DNA from: Pirellulaceae bacterium | Lineage (GTDB): Bacteria > Planctomycetota > Planctomycetia > Pirellulales > Pirellulaceae | Reading direction: 5' to 3' | Length of the DNA: 64,000 nt | NCBI GenBank assembly: GCA_041739875.1 | Contig: JBGSNA010000157.1 | Coordinates: 24,859 to 88,858 of the forward strand | Part shown: positions 45,495 through 56,478 of the stretch, in pieces | Layout of the letters: every line of letters begins with the position of its first letter | Numbering within the stretch: position 1 is the stretch's first letter | Made by a program: the position numbers and the translations under genes | The notes under the pieces: generated by a model | Database searches by the model: none | Seen by the model: only the letters and a program-made list of their open reading frames with translations | Told to the model about the DNA's origin: nothing

Positions 45495-46357
45495 ATGTGT
45501 CCGGCTTCGGCGACAATGCCGCGCACAAGCGTACGCAGCTTCGGTTCGGCTGAGTTCGCAATTGCGATGATGTCTTCCACGTTGGCTGGCTTGAGCGCGT
45601 CCGGCAAGCACATGTCTGTGACCACGCTCAGCCCAACGACTTTCAATCCGCAGTGAACCGCCACGATCGTTTCTGGCACAGTGCTCATTCCGACGACATC
45701 CGCACCAATCGTTCGCAAGAAGCGATATTCCGCTCTTGTCTCCAAGTTCGGGCCTGCGACAGCTACAAAAACGCCTTTATGTGCGTTGATTCCTTCGCGC
45801 CGCGCGATCGCAAGAGTCATGTCAACGAGTTGTTGGTTGTAGGGCTCACACATATCCGGAAAGCGTGGCCCGAGACGGTCGTCATTGATACCAATCAGCG
45901 GATTGTCACCAAGTAAATTGATTTGGTCTTCAATCACCATGATGTCGCCTGAGCGAAAATAAGGATTCAATCCGCCGCAAGCATTGCTGACAATAAGTAA
46001 TTCGGCTCCGAGTTCCTTGAACACACGGACTGGGAGTGTGATCTGTTTGAGCGGATAGCCTTCGTACATGTGGAAGCGGCCTTCCATCGCGACCACGGGG
46101 ACACCGGACAGCTTGCCGCAAACCAAACGTCCGCGATGGCTCGTCGCAGTCGACTTGGGGAAATGAGGGATATCGCCATATTCGATTGTCGCCTCAATTT
46201 CGATGTCTCCCACGAGACCACCCAGCCCTGTGCCAAGAATGATGCCAGCTCGGGGGGCAGTCGGAAACTGTTTGCGAATGAACTCGCATGCGTCTTGGAT
46301 TTTATCGTAAAGATCGAGCATGTAAGCGTCTCCAGAAGGCACGCGGTGGCGTTTCAT
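45482..46357 (-). CDS. punA: purine nucleoside phosphorylase (PunA/PNP-I type)
   Basis: GIILGTGLG, STATSHRGRLV, GRFHMYEGY, SNACGGLN, DQINLLGDNPL, GPNLETRAEY and GMSTVPE. An alternative start is ATG 46321. Confidence 0.9.
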   Translation of the reverse strand: MKRHRVPSGDAYMLDLYDKIQDACEFIRKQFPTAPRAGIILGTGLGGLVGDIEIEATIEYGDIPHFPKSTATSHRGRLVCGKLSGVPVVAMEGRFHMYEGYPLKQITLPVRVFKELGAELLIVSNACGGLNPYFRSGDIMVIEDQINLLGDNPLIGINDDRLGPRFPDMCEPYNQQLVDMTLAIARREGINAHKGVFVAVAGPNLETRAEYRFLRTIGADVVGMSTVPETIVAVHCGLKVVGLSVVTDMCLPDALKPANVEDIIAIANSAEPKLRTLVRGIVAEAGHIRVA

Positions 46358-46456
46358 TTATTTTGCCTATGCTACGGTATTCAACCGGTCCCCGCGAAGG
46401 GCTCCCGAATCGGTTAACATCCTTTCCGTACGGATGCTCTCTCGTTTCGCGCATCC

Positions 46457-48934
46457 ATGTCGCGACTTCAATCCTTGTTTCGATTCATGTCCACGCCATC
46501 CCCTGAAATTTTTGAAAAACTCGCCTCGTTTTATTTAGGCCGCGAGTACGACTTGGCCGGCCGCGAATTGCTCGACAATCTGTTGATGTACGACGCCAAG
46601 GACCTGTGCACCCACGCGATGTGTGTTGGGATGACTGGGAGCGGCAAAACGGGACTCTGTCTATCGCTTCTCGAAGAAGCCGCCATTGACGGCATTCCTG
46701 CTATTTGCCTTGACCCCAAGGGTGATTTGGGGAATTTGCTGCTGACGTTCCCCGAGCTCAAGCCGTCCGATTTCAAGCCCTGGCTCGAGGAAGGCGAGGC
46801 GAAACGTAAAGGCATGGACCTCGATACGTTCGCTGAAAAAACCGCAACGACATGGAAGACCGGACTCGCGTCGTGGGGGCAAGCTCCAGAACGCATCCAG
46901 AAATTTCGTGACTCCGTCGACATTGCGATCTACACCCCAGGTAGCAATATCGGCTTGCCGCTGACCGTGCTGAAAAGCTTCGACGCGCCGCCCCCAGAAT
47001 TGCTTGACGACACCGATGCCATGCGAGAGCGGATCACCGGTGCGGCATCCGGTTTATTGACATTGATGGGCATCCAGGCGGATCCACTACTCTCGCGTGA
47101 ACACATTCTGATTTCATCGATCCTCGATCATTGCTGGAGGCAAAACAAGAGCGTCACGATCGGTGATCTCATTCGTTTGATTCAATCTCCGCCGATCGAT
47201 CGTGTGGGCGTACTTGATCTCGAAACGTTTATGCCAGCGACGGACCGTGTCAAGATCGCGATGCAGCTCAATAATTTGCTTGCGTCACCTGCGTTCTCAA
47301 GTTGGCTTGATGGCGAGCCACTGTCGATCAAAAAGTTGCTCTATACGGATACCGGAAAGCCGCGGTTGAGCATCCTCTCGATTGCACACCTTTCTGACAC
47401 CGAGCGAATGTTTTTCGTTACGATCTTGCTCAACGAGCTTGTGGCATGGATGCGGACGCAAAGCGGTACCAGTTCATTGCGAGCGATCTTCTACATGGAC
47501 GAAGTCTTCGGCTATTTCCCGCCGAGCGCGATCCCACCGAGCAAGCCGCCGATGCTGACTCTGCTCAAGCAAGCCCGCGCATTCGGTCTTGGCATCGCGC
47601 TCGCAACACAGAACCCTGTGGACTTGGACTACAAGGGGCTCTCCAACATCGGCACTTGGTTCCTTGGTCGCCTTCAAACGGAGCGTGACAAAGCCCGCGT
47701 GCTCGAAGGCCTCGAAGGAGCGGCGGTTCAGTCAGGACAAAAGTTCGATCGCGGCGCGATGGAGCGGATGCTCGCATCACTGGGTACCCGCGTCTTCTTG
47801 ATGAACAATGTTCACGAGGACGCGCCAACGGTGTTCCAAAGCCGTTGGGCGTTGTCGTTTCTTGCTGGGCCATTGGCACGCGGTCAAATCACAAAGCTAA
47901 TGTCCGTCCGTAAAGGGGCGACGCAAACCGCAACAGCGAACAGTGCGCGAGAAACTGCGACGACTGCCGTCGAGATCACGAAACCGTCTCGCCCCGTCAC
48001 ACCTAGCGGAGTGAAGGAGGCATTTGCGATGCCGACCAAGCCGTCACCCGATGGAGGCAAGTTTGTTTATCGCCCAGCAGTCTATGCAGAAGCGTCCATG
48101 CACTTCGTTCGTGCCGGTGTCGATCTGGATATCTGGGTCGACGCAAAACGTATCGTACGATGTGAAAGCGGAGTCTCCAAAGACTTTTGGGAAGACAGCT
48201 CGTCGATTGATGAATGGTTCGAGTTCGAGGATGAGCCTCGCGAGAATTTTGCGTTCAGTGATTTGCCGACTCCGCTGCGGAGCGCATCGAACTTGAAAGA
48301 CTATAAGAAACAGCTGGGTGATTATCTCTACCGCCATCATCCGATGCAGCTCTACAAGAGCACGCTACTGAAGGATTATGCTCCGGCGGGTTGTGACGAA
48401 GTGGAAGCGAGGCTGTATTTCGAAAACATCGCTCGCGAATCGCGTGACGCCGCAACGGACAAAATTCGTGATGCGTATGCAGCCAAGATGAAAGCAATCG
48501 ATACAAAGCTGAGGGCTGCCGAAGCGAAGCACGAGAAAGAAAAAAGCGAAGCACAGGAAGCTTGGCTCGCGCCCGCGATCTCGATCGCTGGGACATTGCT
48601 CGGTGCGTTTGTCGGCCGCAAATCGGCCAGTCGTTCGAATGTCACGCGAATGGAGTCGGCAGCCCGTGGCGCAAGTCGAGTTTCGAAACAACGTGAAGAC
48701 GTTCGTCGCGCGGAGGAGACCATGGTGGATCTTGCCAACGAGATGACGGAGTTGGATCTTGAACTGAAGGAGGAACTCGATCAACTCGCCAAGCAATACG
48801 ATGTGAAGTCGCTCGAGTTGGAAACGACAATCGTTCCGCCTCGAAAGGGTGATCTCAAGTTGTCCGATCCGATGATCGTTTGGCTTCCATGGCACATCGA
48901 CCCTAACGGTATTGCGTCGTTGTTAGTGAACTAA
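46457..48934 (+). CDS. HerA/FtsK-superfamily P-loop ATPase with C-terminal coiled coil and one hydrophobic segment
   Basis: Walker A GMTGSGKTG, Walker B IFYMDEVFGY, ATQNPVDLDYK..LGRLQTERD. The C-terminal third is charged coiled coil around AISIAGTLLGAFVG. Confidence 0.8.
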   Translation: MSRLQSLFRFMSTPSPEIFEKLASFYLGREYDLAGRELLDNLLMYDAKDLCTHAMCVGMTGSGKTGLCLSLLEEAAIDGIPAICLDPKGDLGNLLLTFPELKPSDFKPWLEEGEAKRKGMDLDTFAEKTATTWKTGLASWGQAPERIQKFRDSVDIAIYTPGSNIGLPLTVLKSFDAPPPELLDDTDAMRERITGAASGLLTLMGIQADPLLSREHILISSILDHCWRQNKSVTIGDLIRLIQSPPIDRVGVLDLETFMPATDRVKIAMQLNNLLASPAFSSWLDGEPLSIKKLLYTDTGKPRLSILSIAHLSDTERMFFVTILLNELVAWMRTQSGTSSLRAIFYMDEVFGYFPPSAIPPSKPPMLTLLKQARAFGLGIALATQNPVDLDYKGLSNIGTWFLGRLQTERDKARVLEGLEGAAVQSGQKFDRGAMERMLASLGTRVFLMNNVHEDAPTVFQSRWALSFLAGPLARGQITKLMSVRKGATQTATANSARETATTAVEITKPSRPVTPSGVKEAFAMPTKPSPDGGKFVYRPAVYAEASMHFVRAGVDLDIWVDAKRIVRCESGVSKDFWEDSSSIDEWFEFEDEPRENFAFSDLPTPLRSASNLKDYKKQLGDYLYRHHPMQLYKSTLLKDYAPAGCDEVEARLYFENIARESRDAATDKIRDAYAAKMKAIDTKLRAAEAKHEKEKSEAQEAWLAPAISIAGTLLGAFVGRKSASRSNVTRMESAARGASRVSKQREDVRRAEETMVDLANEMTELDLELKEELDQLAKQYDVKSLELETTIVPPRKGDLKLSDPMIVWLPWHIDPNGIASLLVN

Positions 48935-48939
48935 CGGCT

Positions 48940-49776
48940 TCAACCGTGATCGCGTCGCGCGATGAAGAAAAAACCACCCGCACGAAATCGTTTCTCGCAA
49001 AAGGTTTCAAGTAATCGGGAGCCGTCGAGCGATATCGCACCTATTTGGTCGACCGACCAACCTGTAGCTGAAAGGTCCGCGCAGACTTCGGATCGTGAGA
49101 AGCGATGCAGAAACATTCGACTCAACCCGCGATACTCATAGGTCGAGTCACCAAAGTCCTCGTCGCGATTCCATAGCGATCGCAAACGGGATTGAATCAA
49201 GGCGCTCACGCCCGCAGGTTCCCAGATCGCTGCCCAGCGATGATGCACATGCAGCACCAGTTTTCCGTCGGGCTTGGTCACGCGATGTGTATGTGCAAGA
49301 AATTGGCGTCGATGTTTGCCGCCTTGGATCATCCCGAGGGTGCTGAACATGCACACCGCCGCGTCCACGGAATTGTCGGTCAAGCAGTCCAACTCCACTA
49401 AGTTTGCTCGGACCGCAAGGAGCTGGTCCCGTCGCTCCGCTGCGGTTGCCTTTTCAACCAATAGTTCCAGCATTCGCTGGCTCAAGTCGACGCCAACCAC
49501 TGCGTGGCCTCTCTTGAGTAGCTCAATCGCAATTCGGCCATTGCCACAGCCAAGATCGAGAATCCTTAGGCCTTTTCCCGGTTCCGCATCCGGGAATTCC
49601 TCGGCAAGAACTCGCTGGTCGAGCTGGCATAGCGGAGTATCAGCCACAAACGAGTCATAATGGTCTGCTATCGACCGCTCCTGGACATATTCCCAAGTGC
49701 CTGGTGCGACCCCGCGAGGGCGTCGCCAACCGGCCGATCGATGCTTCTGCGAAGACTTGTGCGGGGGCTGGTTCAA
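48940..49776 (-). CDS. class I SAM-dependent methyltransferase
   Basis: Motif I ILDLGCGNGRIA, with the acidic post-I residue in VVGVDLS. Confidence 0.85.
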   Translation of the reverse strand: MNQPPHKSSQKHRSAGWRRPRGVAPGTWEYVQERSIADHYDSFVADTPLCQLDQRVLAEEFPDAEPGKGLRILDLGCGNGRIAIELLKRGHAVVGVDLSQRMLELLVEKATAAERRDQLLAVRANLVELDCLTDNSVDAAVCMFSTLGMIQGGKHRRQFLAHTHRVTKPDGKLVLHVHHRWAAIWEPAGVSALIQSRLRSLWNRDEDFGDSTYEYRGLSRMFLHRFSRSEVCADLSATGWSVDQIGAISLDGSRLLETFCEKRFRAGGFFFIARRDHG

Positions 49777-49914
49777 TTTCGCCTAATCTTTCTATAATCG
49801 CCGCTCGCGAGCACCGAAGGTGACCAACTCGCAGCGTCCAGTTTTTGGCACCTTTTTAAGCTCTGCCTCGCTTTCGGAACACGTCACTTCTTCTTTGGGG
49901 TGTCAGTTTCGTAA

Positions 49915-50955
<1,041 letters not shown>

Positions 50956-50983
50956 TTCGCTTATTCGAATCCAAAATCAATGA

Positions 50984-51022
50984 AAAGGCCCAGCATCTTA
51001 CGCTGGGCCTTTTTTTGTTTTG
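50984..51022 (+). terminator. rho-independent terminator of gap
   Basis: Stem AAAGGCCCAGC/GCTGGGCCTTT with a 7-nt loop, followed by TTTTTTTGTTTT. Confidence 0.8.
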
Positions 51023-51089
51023 CCAGGCATGTTGCTCATCTCCGAACGGAGATGCAATTCACAATCGAGCCATGCTCGGCTAATCGATT

Positions 51090-51611
51090 CTATCTCAGGT
51101 CCGGTTCGCTGGATTCGTCTGGCCCGGATTCGTCTGGACTGGTTGAGTCGCCCAAGGCAATGTCCGCGTCCGACAGAGGTTCCTCGTCCATCATCTCTGG
51201 ATCCTCCGGTGAGGACTCGTCGATCAAACCCGCTGCGATGGCAGCTTTGCGTGCCTCTCTTTTAGCGACATGCTCACCGGCCATCTGCTCGAGTGTTAAA
51301 ACTTGATCCGGAAACTGTTTCTTGAAACGTTTCTGATAGAGCGCTTCGATGAACTCTGGTAACGGTAGTTTCCAAGGCTGGTCTTTGGTGTTTGAGTACT
51401 TACCAAAATTCTTTGGGCTCAATCCAAGTTCGCGAGCCATCTGGATGTGTGCGTCGGACAGCTTGAATTTCTTGCGAGCATCGATCCAAGGAAAGTACTT
51501 GTGCGGTATTCGTTGTTTCTTCTTAGCCACTGCGTTTATCGTCTGATCAGTTTTGAGGAAGTGAAAGTTTTTGGACTTCGTCGAGTTGTTGCTGCACGTA
51601 ATCCGCCACAA
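51090..51611 (-). CDS. hypothetical protein with basic N-terminal half and acidic C-terminal tail
   Basis: The ORF has a protein-like body (KYFPWIDARKKFKLSDAHIQMARELGLSPKNFGK..) and a D/E/S/P-rich tail. The first 27 residues look non-coding, so GTG 51530 (VAKKKQ) is a likelier start. Confidence 0.45.
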   Translation of the reverse strand: MWRITCSNNSTKSKNFHFLKTDQTINAVAKKKQRIPHKYFPWIDARKKFKLSDAHIQMARELGLSPKNFGKYSNTKDQPWKLPLPEFIEALYQKRFKKQFPDQVLTLEQMAGEHVAKREARKAAIAAGLIDESSPEDPEMMDEEPLSDADIALGDSTSPDESGPDESSEPDLR

Positions 51612-51924
51612 CCTGATCGATCGAAGTTTTCGGTTTGAAGTTCATGCTTTGGCCCAATGCAATCGGCATCAATGAGTTTCGAGAGTTCTCGCCCAAGCGT
51701 TTGAGAATCGCCTACTCCGATGACTTGTGCTTGACCCCAAAACGTCTGAAATGTTGAAACATGGATTACCACGAGGCAGGGAAAGACGAATGGAATATGA
51801 GAAGTCATGTAACTTGTCCTCGGTGAACTCAGACGCCGATGCGTCGTTCCCAATGCCATCAATATAGTCCAAACATGATCCTGGTCTGCCGACATTGGCA
51901 TTGGGGATGAGCTTGCGGCCAATG

Positions 51925-51959
51925 AAAAACGGCTCGAAGGCTAATATCCTTCGAGCCGT
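51925..51959 (-). terminator. rho-independent terminator of rpoC
   Basis: A perfect 12-bp stem (ACGGCTCGAAGG/CCTTCGAGCCGT) with a 7-nt loop is followed on the minus strand by TTTTTC. It lies 36 nt after the rpoC stop. Confidence 0.75.
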
Positions 51960-51994
51960 TGAGTGGAGTTTGAGACGACGTCTTGTTTCCGTTG

Positions 51995-54900
51995 CTACTC
52001 TTGGCCGCTGCCGAACATGCTGTCCAAGGCGTCGCTCGACGACTCGATGGCTGGTTTTTCGGGAGCAGGACTTGGTCGGTCTTCGCTACTCGCGAGCAGT
52101 GGGAAGCTCTCTTCGAGACTTGAAACCGGTGCGGCAGCAAGTTCTTCCAGAGCTTCGCGTCGATAATTGACTTCCGCTTCTTGGAAGATTCGGAAACCGG
52201 TACCGGCTGGGATCAAGTGACCAAGGATCACGTTCTCTTTCAAACCAACAAGCTTGTCGACCTTACCAGCGAGGGCAGCTTCGGTGAGTACTTTTGTCGT
52301 TTCTTGGAACGACGCTGCACTGATGAAACTGTTCGACTGGACAGCCGCTTTGGTGATTCCGAGCAATTGTGTACTCGCGGTTGCGCTCTTTGGCTTTTTG
52401 CCCTTGGCGGGAGCACCACCCAAGGCTTCGATTTGAGCATTGGTTTGCTCAAACGCTTCCTTCGGAACAATGGTGCCGACGGTGTAGTCGCTATCACCAG
52501 CATCGGCAACCTTGAGGCAAGTTGCAAGTTGCACGTTTGCCTTGCGGAAGTGGAATCGATCCATCACCGAACCTGGTAGCAAGTTCGTATCACCGGCGCT
52601 CTCGACTTTTACCTTGCGCAGCATTCGGGCAATGATGATTTCACAGTGCTTGTCGTTAATTTCGACTCGCTGGCTGCGATACACCTGTTGAATCTCATGC
52701 AGCAAGTACTGCTGTACCGCTTCTTCGCCGCTAACTCGGAGAATGTCGTGCGGAACAAGTGGGCCGTCGACGAGGCCTTGGCCTGCTTTGACAATGTCGC
52801 CTGAGTGAACGAGGAAGTGCTTGCCGTGTGGAACGAGGTGCTCTCGCTCGATGCCGGATTCGCTTCGAACAATGATCGTTCGCTTTCCGCGTTTCTTTTC
52901 AGTAAGTAACTCAACGACTCCGTCGACTTCGGCGATAACCGCTGGGTCCTTCGGTTTACGAGCTTCGAAAATTTCAGTGATTCGCGGCAGACCACCAGTG
53001 ATGTCCGAAACACCGCCAGTGACCCGCGGCATTTCAGCAAGCACGGTTCCTGGAGTGATCTGTGTTCCTTCCTTCACCATGATCATCGCCCGCTCGGGCA
53101 AGTATTGAACGTCGAGCGGTTTGCCGTCAGCATCCTCCACCACAATTTGCGGGTGAAGGTCACCCTTGTGGTCAACGATCATCATTCGGATGTTACCGCT
53201 CGTCTCGCGTTCTTGACGCATCGTTTCGCCTTCGACGACGTCTTCAAAGCGAATCTTACCATCGACTTCGGACAAAATCGGAATCGAATACGGGTTCCAT
53301 TCGCAAAGGATTTGGCCTTCGACAACCTTATCGCCTTCCTCGACCATCAACATCGCACCGGTTGGAATGTCATAGGCTTCGACTTCTCGGCCCCGATCAT
53401 CAACCAGCATCAACTCACCGTTACGATTCAGGACGACCATGCGCCCGTCGGTGTTACGCACCGCACGGATACGCGTCAGTCGCACTTCACCGCTTCGTTT
53501 CGCCTTGATGTCCGATTCTTCGACTTGCTTGCTCACCGAACCACCGATGTGGAACGTTCGCATGGTTAGCTGAGTTCCGGGCTCACCGATGCTTTGAGCA
53601 GCGATAATCCCGACGGCCATGCCTTCTTCGACCATTGCCCCAGTGGACATGTCCATGCCGTAGCAACGTCGGCAAACTCCGAGTGGCGCGTCGCAAGTCA
53701 TCGGTGTTCGAACTTGGATCTTCTCCAACCCCATCGCTTCGATCTTGCGAGCAATTTCGAGCGTGATCATCTGGCTCTCGGCCACGATGACTTCGTCCGT
53801 CACCGGGTTCACGATCGATTGACGGCTGACCCGACCATTGATCGAATCCGACAGACGTAACTCGACCTTTTCACCGCGGTAGACAACACCCTTGGTGATA
53901 CCTTGAGTGGTTCCACAGTCATCCAACGTGATCACGACGTTCTGGGCCACGTCCGCGAGTTTGCGGGTGAGGTAACCCGAGTCAGCTGTCTTGAGCGCCG
54001 TGTCGGCCAATCCCTTACGGGCACCGTGCGTCGACGAGAAGTACTCGAGTACGGACAAGCCTTCGCGGAAGTTAGCCTTGATCGGTGTTTCGATGATCTC
54101 GCCGGTTGGCTTCGCCATCAAACCACGCATCCCGGCGAGTTGCCGAATCTGTTCGATACCACCTCGAGCACCGGAGTGCGCCATGAGGAACACCGGGTTG
54201 ATATACCAACCGCCCTCACGAATATCGTTCTCCATGGCGGACATCATGTCGGTCGTGATCGCTTCACGACAATGTGTCCACGCATCGAGCACTTGGTTGT
54301 AACGCTCGCCACCCGACATCACGCCTCGGTCATAGTTTTTCTTGTGCTTCATGACCTCTTTTTCGGCTTCCTTGATGTACTTCTGTTTGGTGTCAGGAGT
54401 TACAAGGTCATCCGTCGCAAACGACAAGCCGCTGCGAGTCGACTCGCGGAAGCCCATCTGCATCATGTCGTCAAGCAAGTGAATTGTCGCACGCCGGCCC
54501 AGACGCTGGTAGCAATCGCTAATGGCTCCCGCCAAGTCGCTGCTTCGCATTGCTCGGTTATAGAAATCCATTCCGTTTGGCAACATCTCGTTGAAACGAA
54601 CACGCCCAGGCGTCGTATCGATCAGCGCACCGTACTTACCGGAGTCGTCATCTGTCTTGAGCTTCTGGAACTTCGGCAAGCGGATCTTGATTTTCGCGTG
54701 CAAACCGACGACGCCCATGGCATAAGCCATGTCAACTTCGTCATAGCCCGAGAACGTCATCCCTTCGCCCTTTTGATCCGGCATCTCGACCGTGGTGTAG
54801 TAGCAACCCATGACGACGTCTTGCGACGGGCTCATGATCGGCTTGCCATTACTCGGTGCGAACACGTTGTTCGTGCTCATCATGAGTGTATGAGCTTCGA

Positions 54901-56329
54901 CTTGTGCTTCGATCGAAAGCGGCAAGTGAACGGCCATCTGGTCACCGTCAAAGTCAGCGTTGAAGCCTTTGCAAACCAGAGGATGCAAGTGAATCGCGTT
55001 GCCTTCAACAAGGATTGGCTCAAACGCCTGAATGCCCATTCGGTGAAGCGTCGGAGCACGGTTCAAGAGCACTGGGTGGTTCTTGATGACTTGTTCGAGG
55101 ATATCCCACACCTCTTCGTCTTTTCGCTCGAGCATCTTTTTGGCCGACTTGATCGTGTCGGCGTGGCCGAGTTCTTTGAGCCGGCGAATGATGAACGGTT
55201 GATAAAGTTCGAGCGCGATCTTCTTGGGCAAACCGCATTGGTGCAATTTCAGACGCGGACCAACCACGATCACACTTCGTGCCGAGTAATCGACACGCTT
55301 ACCCAGCAAGTTTTCGCGGAAACGACCTTGCTTACCCTTGATCATGTCGGTGAGCGACTTGAGCGGGCGGTTACTTGAACCCAAAACGGGACGCTTGCAA
55401 CGGTTGTTGTCGAACAACGCATCAACGGACTGTTGCAACATTCGCTTTTCATTGCGAATGATGACTTCCGGTGCATTCAAGTCGACAAGCTTGCGCAAGC
55501 GGTTGTTACGATTGATGATCCGACGATACAAATCGTTCAAATCGCTGGTCGCGAAATTACCACTGTCCAACAAAACGAGGGGACGTAAGTCTGGCGGAAT
55601 CACCGGAATAACGTCCAGGACCATCCATTCTGGGCGATTGTCGCTGTCACGGATCGACTCGACGATCTTCAGCCGATTGATCAAGTCCTTCTTCTTTTGC
55701 TTGCTGCCGGTCTCAGCCAAGTCAACTCGCAATTGCTCGGACAACTGGACAAGGTCCAACTTGTTGAGCAGCTTACGAACAGCCTCAGCGCCCATGTCAG
55801 CTTCGAACGAGCCTTCGCCGTATTGTGCACGTGCGGCGCGGTACTCTTCCTCGGTGAGCAATTGCTGGTCTTCGAGTTCCGTCGTTCCCTTATCGACGAC
55901 GACATAGTCTTGGAAGTAGATGACCTTCTCAAGCGAGCTCGTCTTCATCGCGAGCAAATTGCCCAATCGCGATGGCATGGCCTTGAAGAACCAAATGTGG
56001 ACGACTGGCGCAGCCAATTCGATGTGGCCCATTCGCTTACGGCGAACGCGACTGTGGGTGACCTTCACACCACAGCGGTCACAGATCATGCCTTTATATT
56101 TCATCCCACGGTATTTACCGCAGGCGCACTCCCAGTCCTTTTCAGGTCCGAAAATACGTTCACAGAACAATCCGTCTTTTTCAGGACGATAGGTTCGGTA
56201 ATTGATCGTTTCTGGTTTCTTGACTTCGCCGAACGACCAACTCTTGATGTCTTGTGGTCGCGCCAAAGAGATTTTGACTGAGGCGTAGTCGTTGATACGG
56301 TCGTAGTTGCTAGTTTCGCCAATCGACAT
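51995..56329 (-). CDS. rpoC: DNA-directed RNA polymerase subunit beta'
   Basis: [12 protein letters not shown] catalytic motif, and a zinc-binding Cys cluster near the N-terminus (CECGKY..C..CGV). The length is typical. ATG 56329 is preceded by AGGAG; the track ORF extends to 56467. Confidence 0.97.
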   Translation of the reverse strand: MSIGETSNYDRINDYASVKISLARPQDIKSWSFGEVKKPETINYRTYRPEKDGLFCERIFGPEKDWECACGKYRGMKYKGMICDRCGVKVTHSRVRRKRMGHIELAAPVVHIWFFKAMPSRLGNLLAMKTSSLEKVIYFQDYVVVDKGTTELEDQQLLTEEEYRAARAQYGEGSFEADMGAEAVRKLLNKLDLVQLSEQLRVDLAETGSKQKKKDLINRLKIVESIRDSDNRPEWMVLDVIPVIPPDLRPLVLLDSGNFATSDLNDLYRRIINRNNRLRKLVDLNAPEVIIRNEKRMLQQSVDALFDNNRCKRPVLGSSNRPLKSLTDMIKGKQGRFRENLLGKRVDYSARSVIVVGPRLKLHQCGLPKKIALELYQPFIIRRLKELGHADTIKSAKKMLERKDEEVWDILEQVIKNHPVLLNRAPTLHRMGIQAFEPILVEGNAIHLHPLVCKGFNADFDGDQMAVHLPLSIEAQVEAHTLMMSTNNVFAPSNGKPIMSPSQDVVMGCYYTTVEMPDQKGEGMTFSGYDEVDMAYAMGVVGLHAKIKIRLPKFQKLKTDDDSGKYGALIDTTPGRVRFNEMLPNGMDFYNRAMRSSDLAGAISDCYQRLGRRATIHLLDDMMQMGFRESTRSGLSFATDDLVTPDTKQKYIKEAEKEVMKHKKNYDRGVMSGGERYNQVLDAWTHCREAITTDMMSAMENDIREGGWYINPVFLMAHSGARGGIEQIRQLAGMRGLMAKPTGEIIETPIKANFREGLSVLEYFSSTHGARKGLADTALKTADSGYLTRKLADVAQNVVITLDDCGTTQGITKGVVYRGEKVELRLSDSINGRVSRQSIVNPVTDEVIVAESQMITLEIARKIEAMGLEKIQVRTPMTCDAPLGVCRRCYGMDMSTGAMVEEGMAVGIIAAQSIGEPGTQLTMRTFHIGGSVSKQVEESDIKAKRSGEVRLTRIRAVRNTDGRMVVLNRNGELMLVDDRGREVEAYDIPTGAMLMVEEGDKVVEGQILCEWNPYSIPILSEVDGKIRFEDVVEGETMRQERETSGNIRMMIVDHKGDLHPQIVVEDADGKPLDVQYLPERAMIMVKEGTQITPGTVLAEMPRVTGGVSDITGGLPRITEIFEARKPKDPAVIAEVDGVVELLTEKKRGKRTIIVRSESGIEREHLVPHGKHFLVHSGDIVKAGQGLVDGPLVPHDILRVSGEEAVQQYLLHEIQQVYRSQRVEINDKHCEIIIARMLRKVKVESAGDTNLLPGSVMDRFHFRKANVQLATCLKVADAGDSDYTVGTIVPKEAFEQTNAQIEALGGAPAKGKKPKSATASTQLLGITKAAVQSNSFISAASFQETTKVLTEAALAGKVDKLVGLKENVILGHLIPAGTGFRIFQEAEVNYRREALEELAAAPVSSLEESFPLLASSEDRPSPAPEKPAIESSSDALDSMFGSGQE

Positions 56330-56478
56330 GGAAAGCTCCTGAAGGAAGACGCGTGAGGCTCGCGTCGACGGAGATGGCATTGTGAGTTTGGGTGTACTCC
56401 AGCGACCGCGATCGCTGGAGATAAAATTTCCGCTGGTCCGATGACTTGGCCAGCGGACTGAAGTCACGAAGACAGACG

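Noticed and set aside
45436-45561. An N-terminal extension of the second PNP ORF encoding (KLPKI)n.
   Set aside because: It overlaps the 3' end of the upstream PNP gene, and PNP homology starts after Met 45435. The peptide repeat is explained by the 15-bp DNA tandem repeat, which is reported as a finding instead.
50961-50975. TTCGAATCC, which resembles a tRNA T-arm.
   Set aside because: There is no preceding GG, no acceptor or anticodon stems can be drawn, and it sits between the gap stop and its terminator. I found no tRNA-like cloverleaf elsewhere by eye.
53903-55378. A 491-aa plus-strand ORF, with several other long plus-strand ORFs between 52181 and 56850.
   Set aside because: These are antisense to rpoC, whose minus-strand frame carries unmistakable beta-prime motifs ([12 protein letters not shown]). 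The antisense translations are R/H/V/L-rich with no motifs. This is a typical shadow ORF in GC-rich coding DNA.
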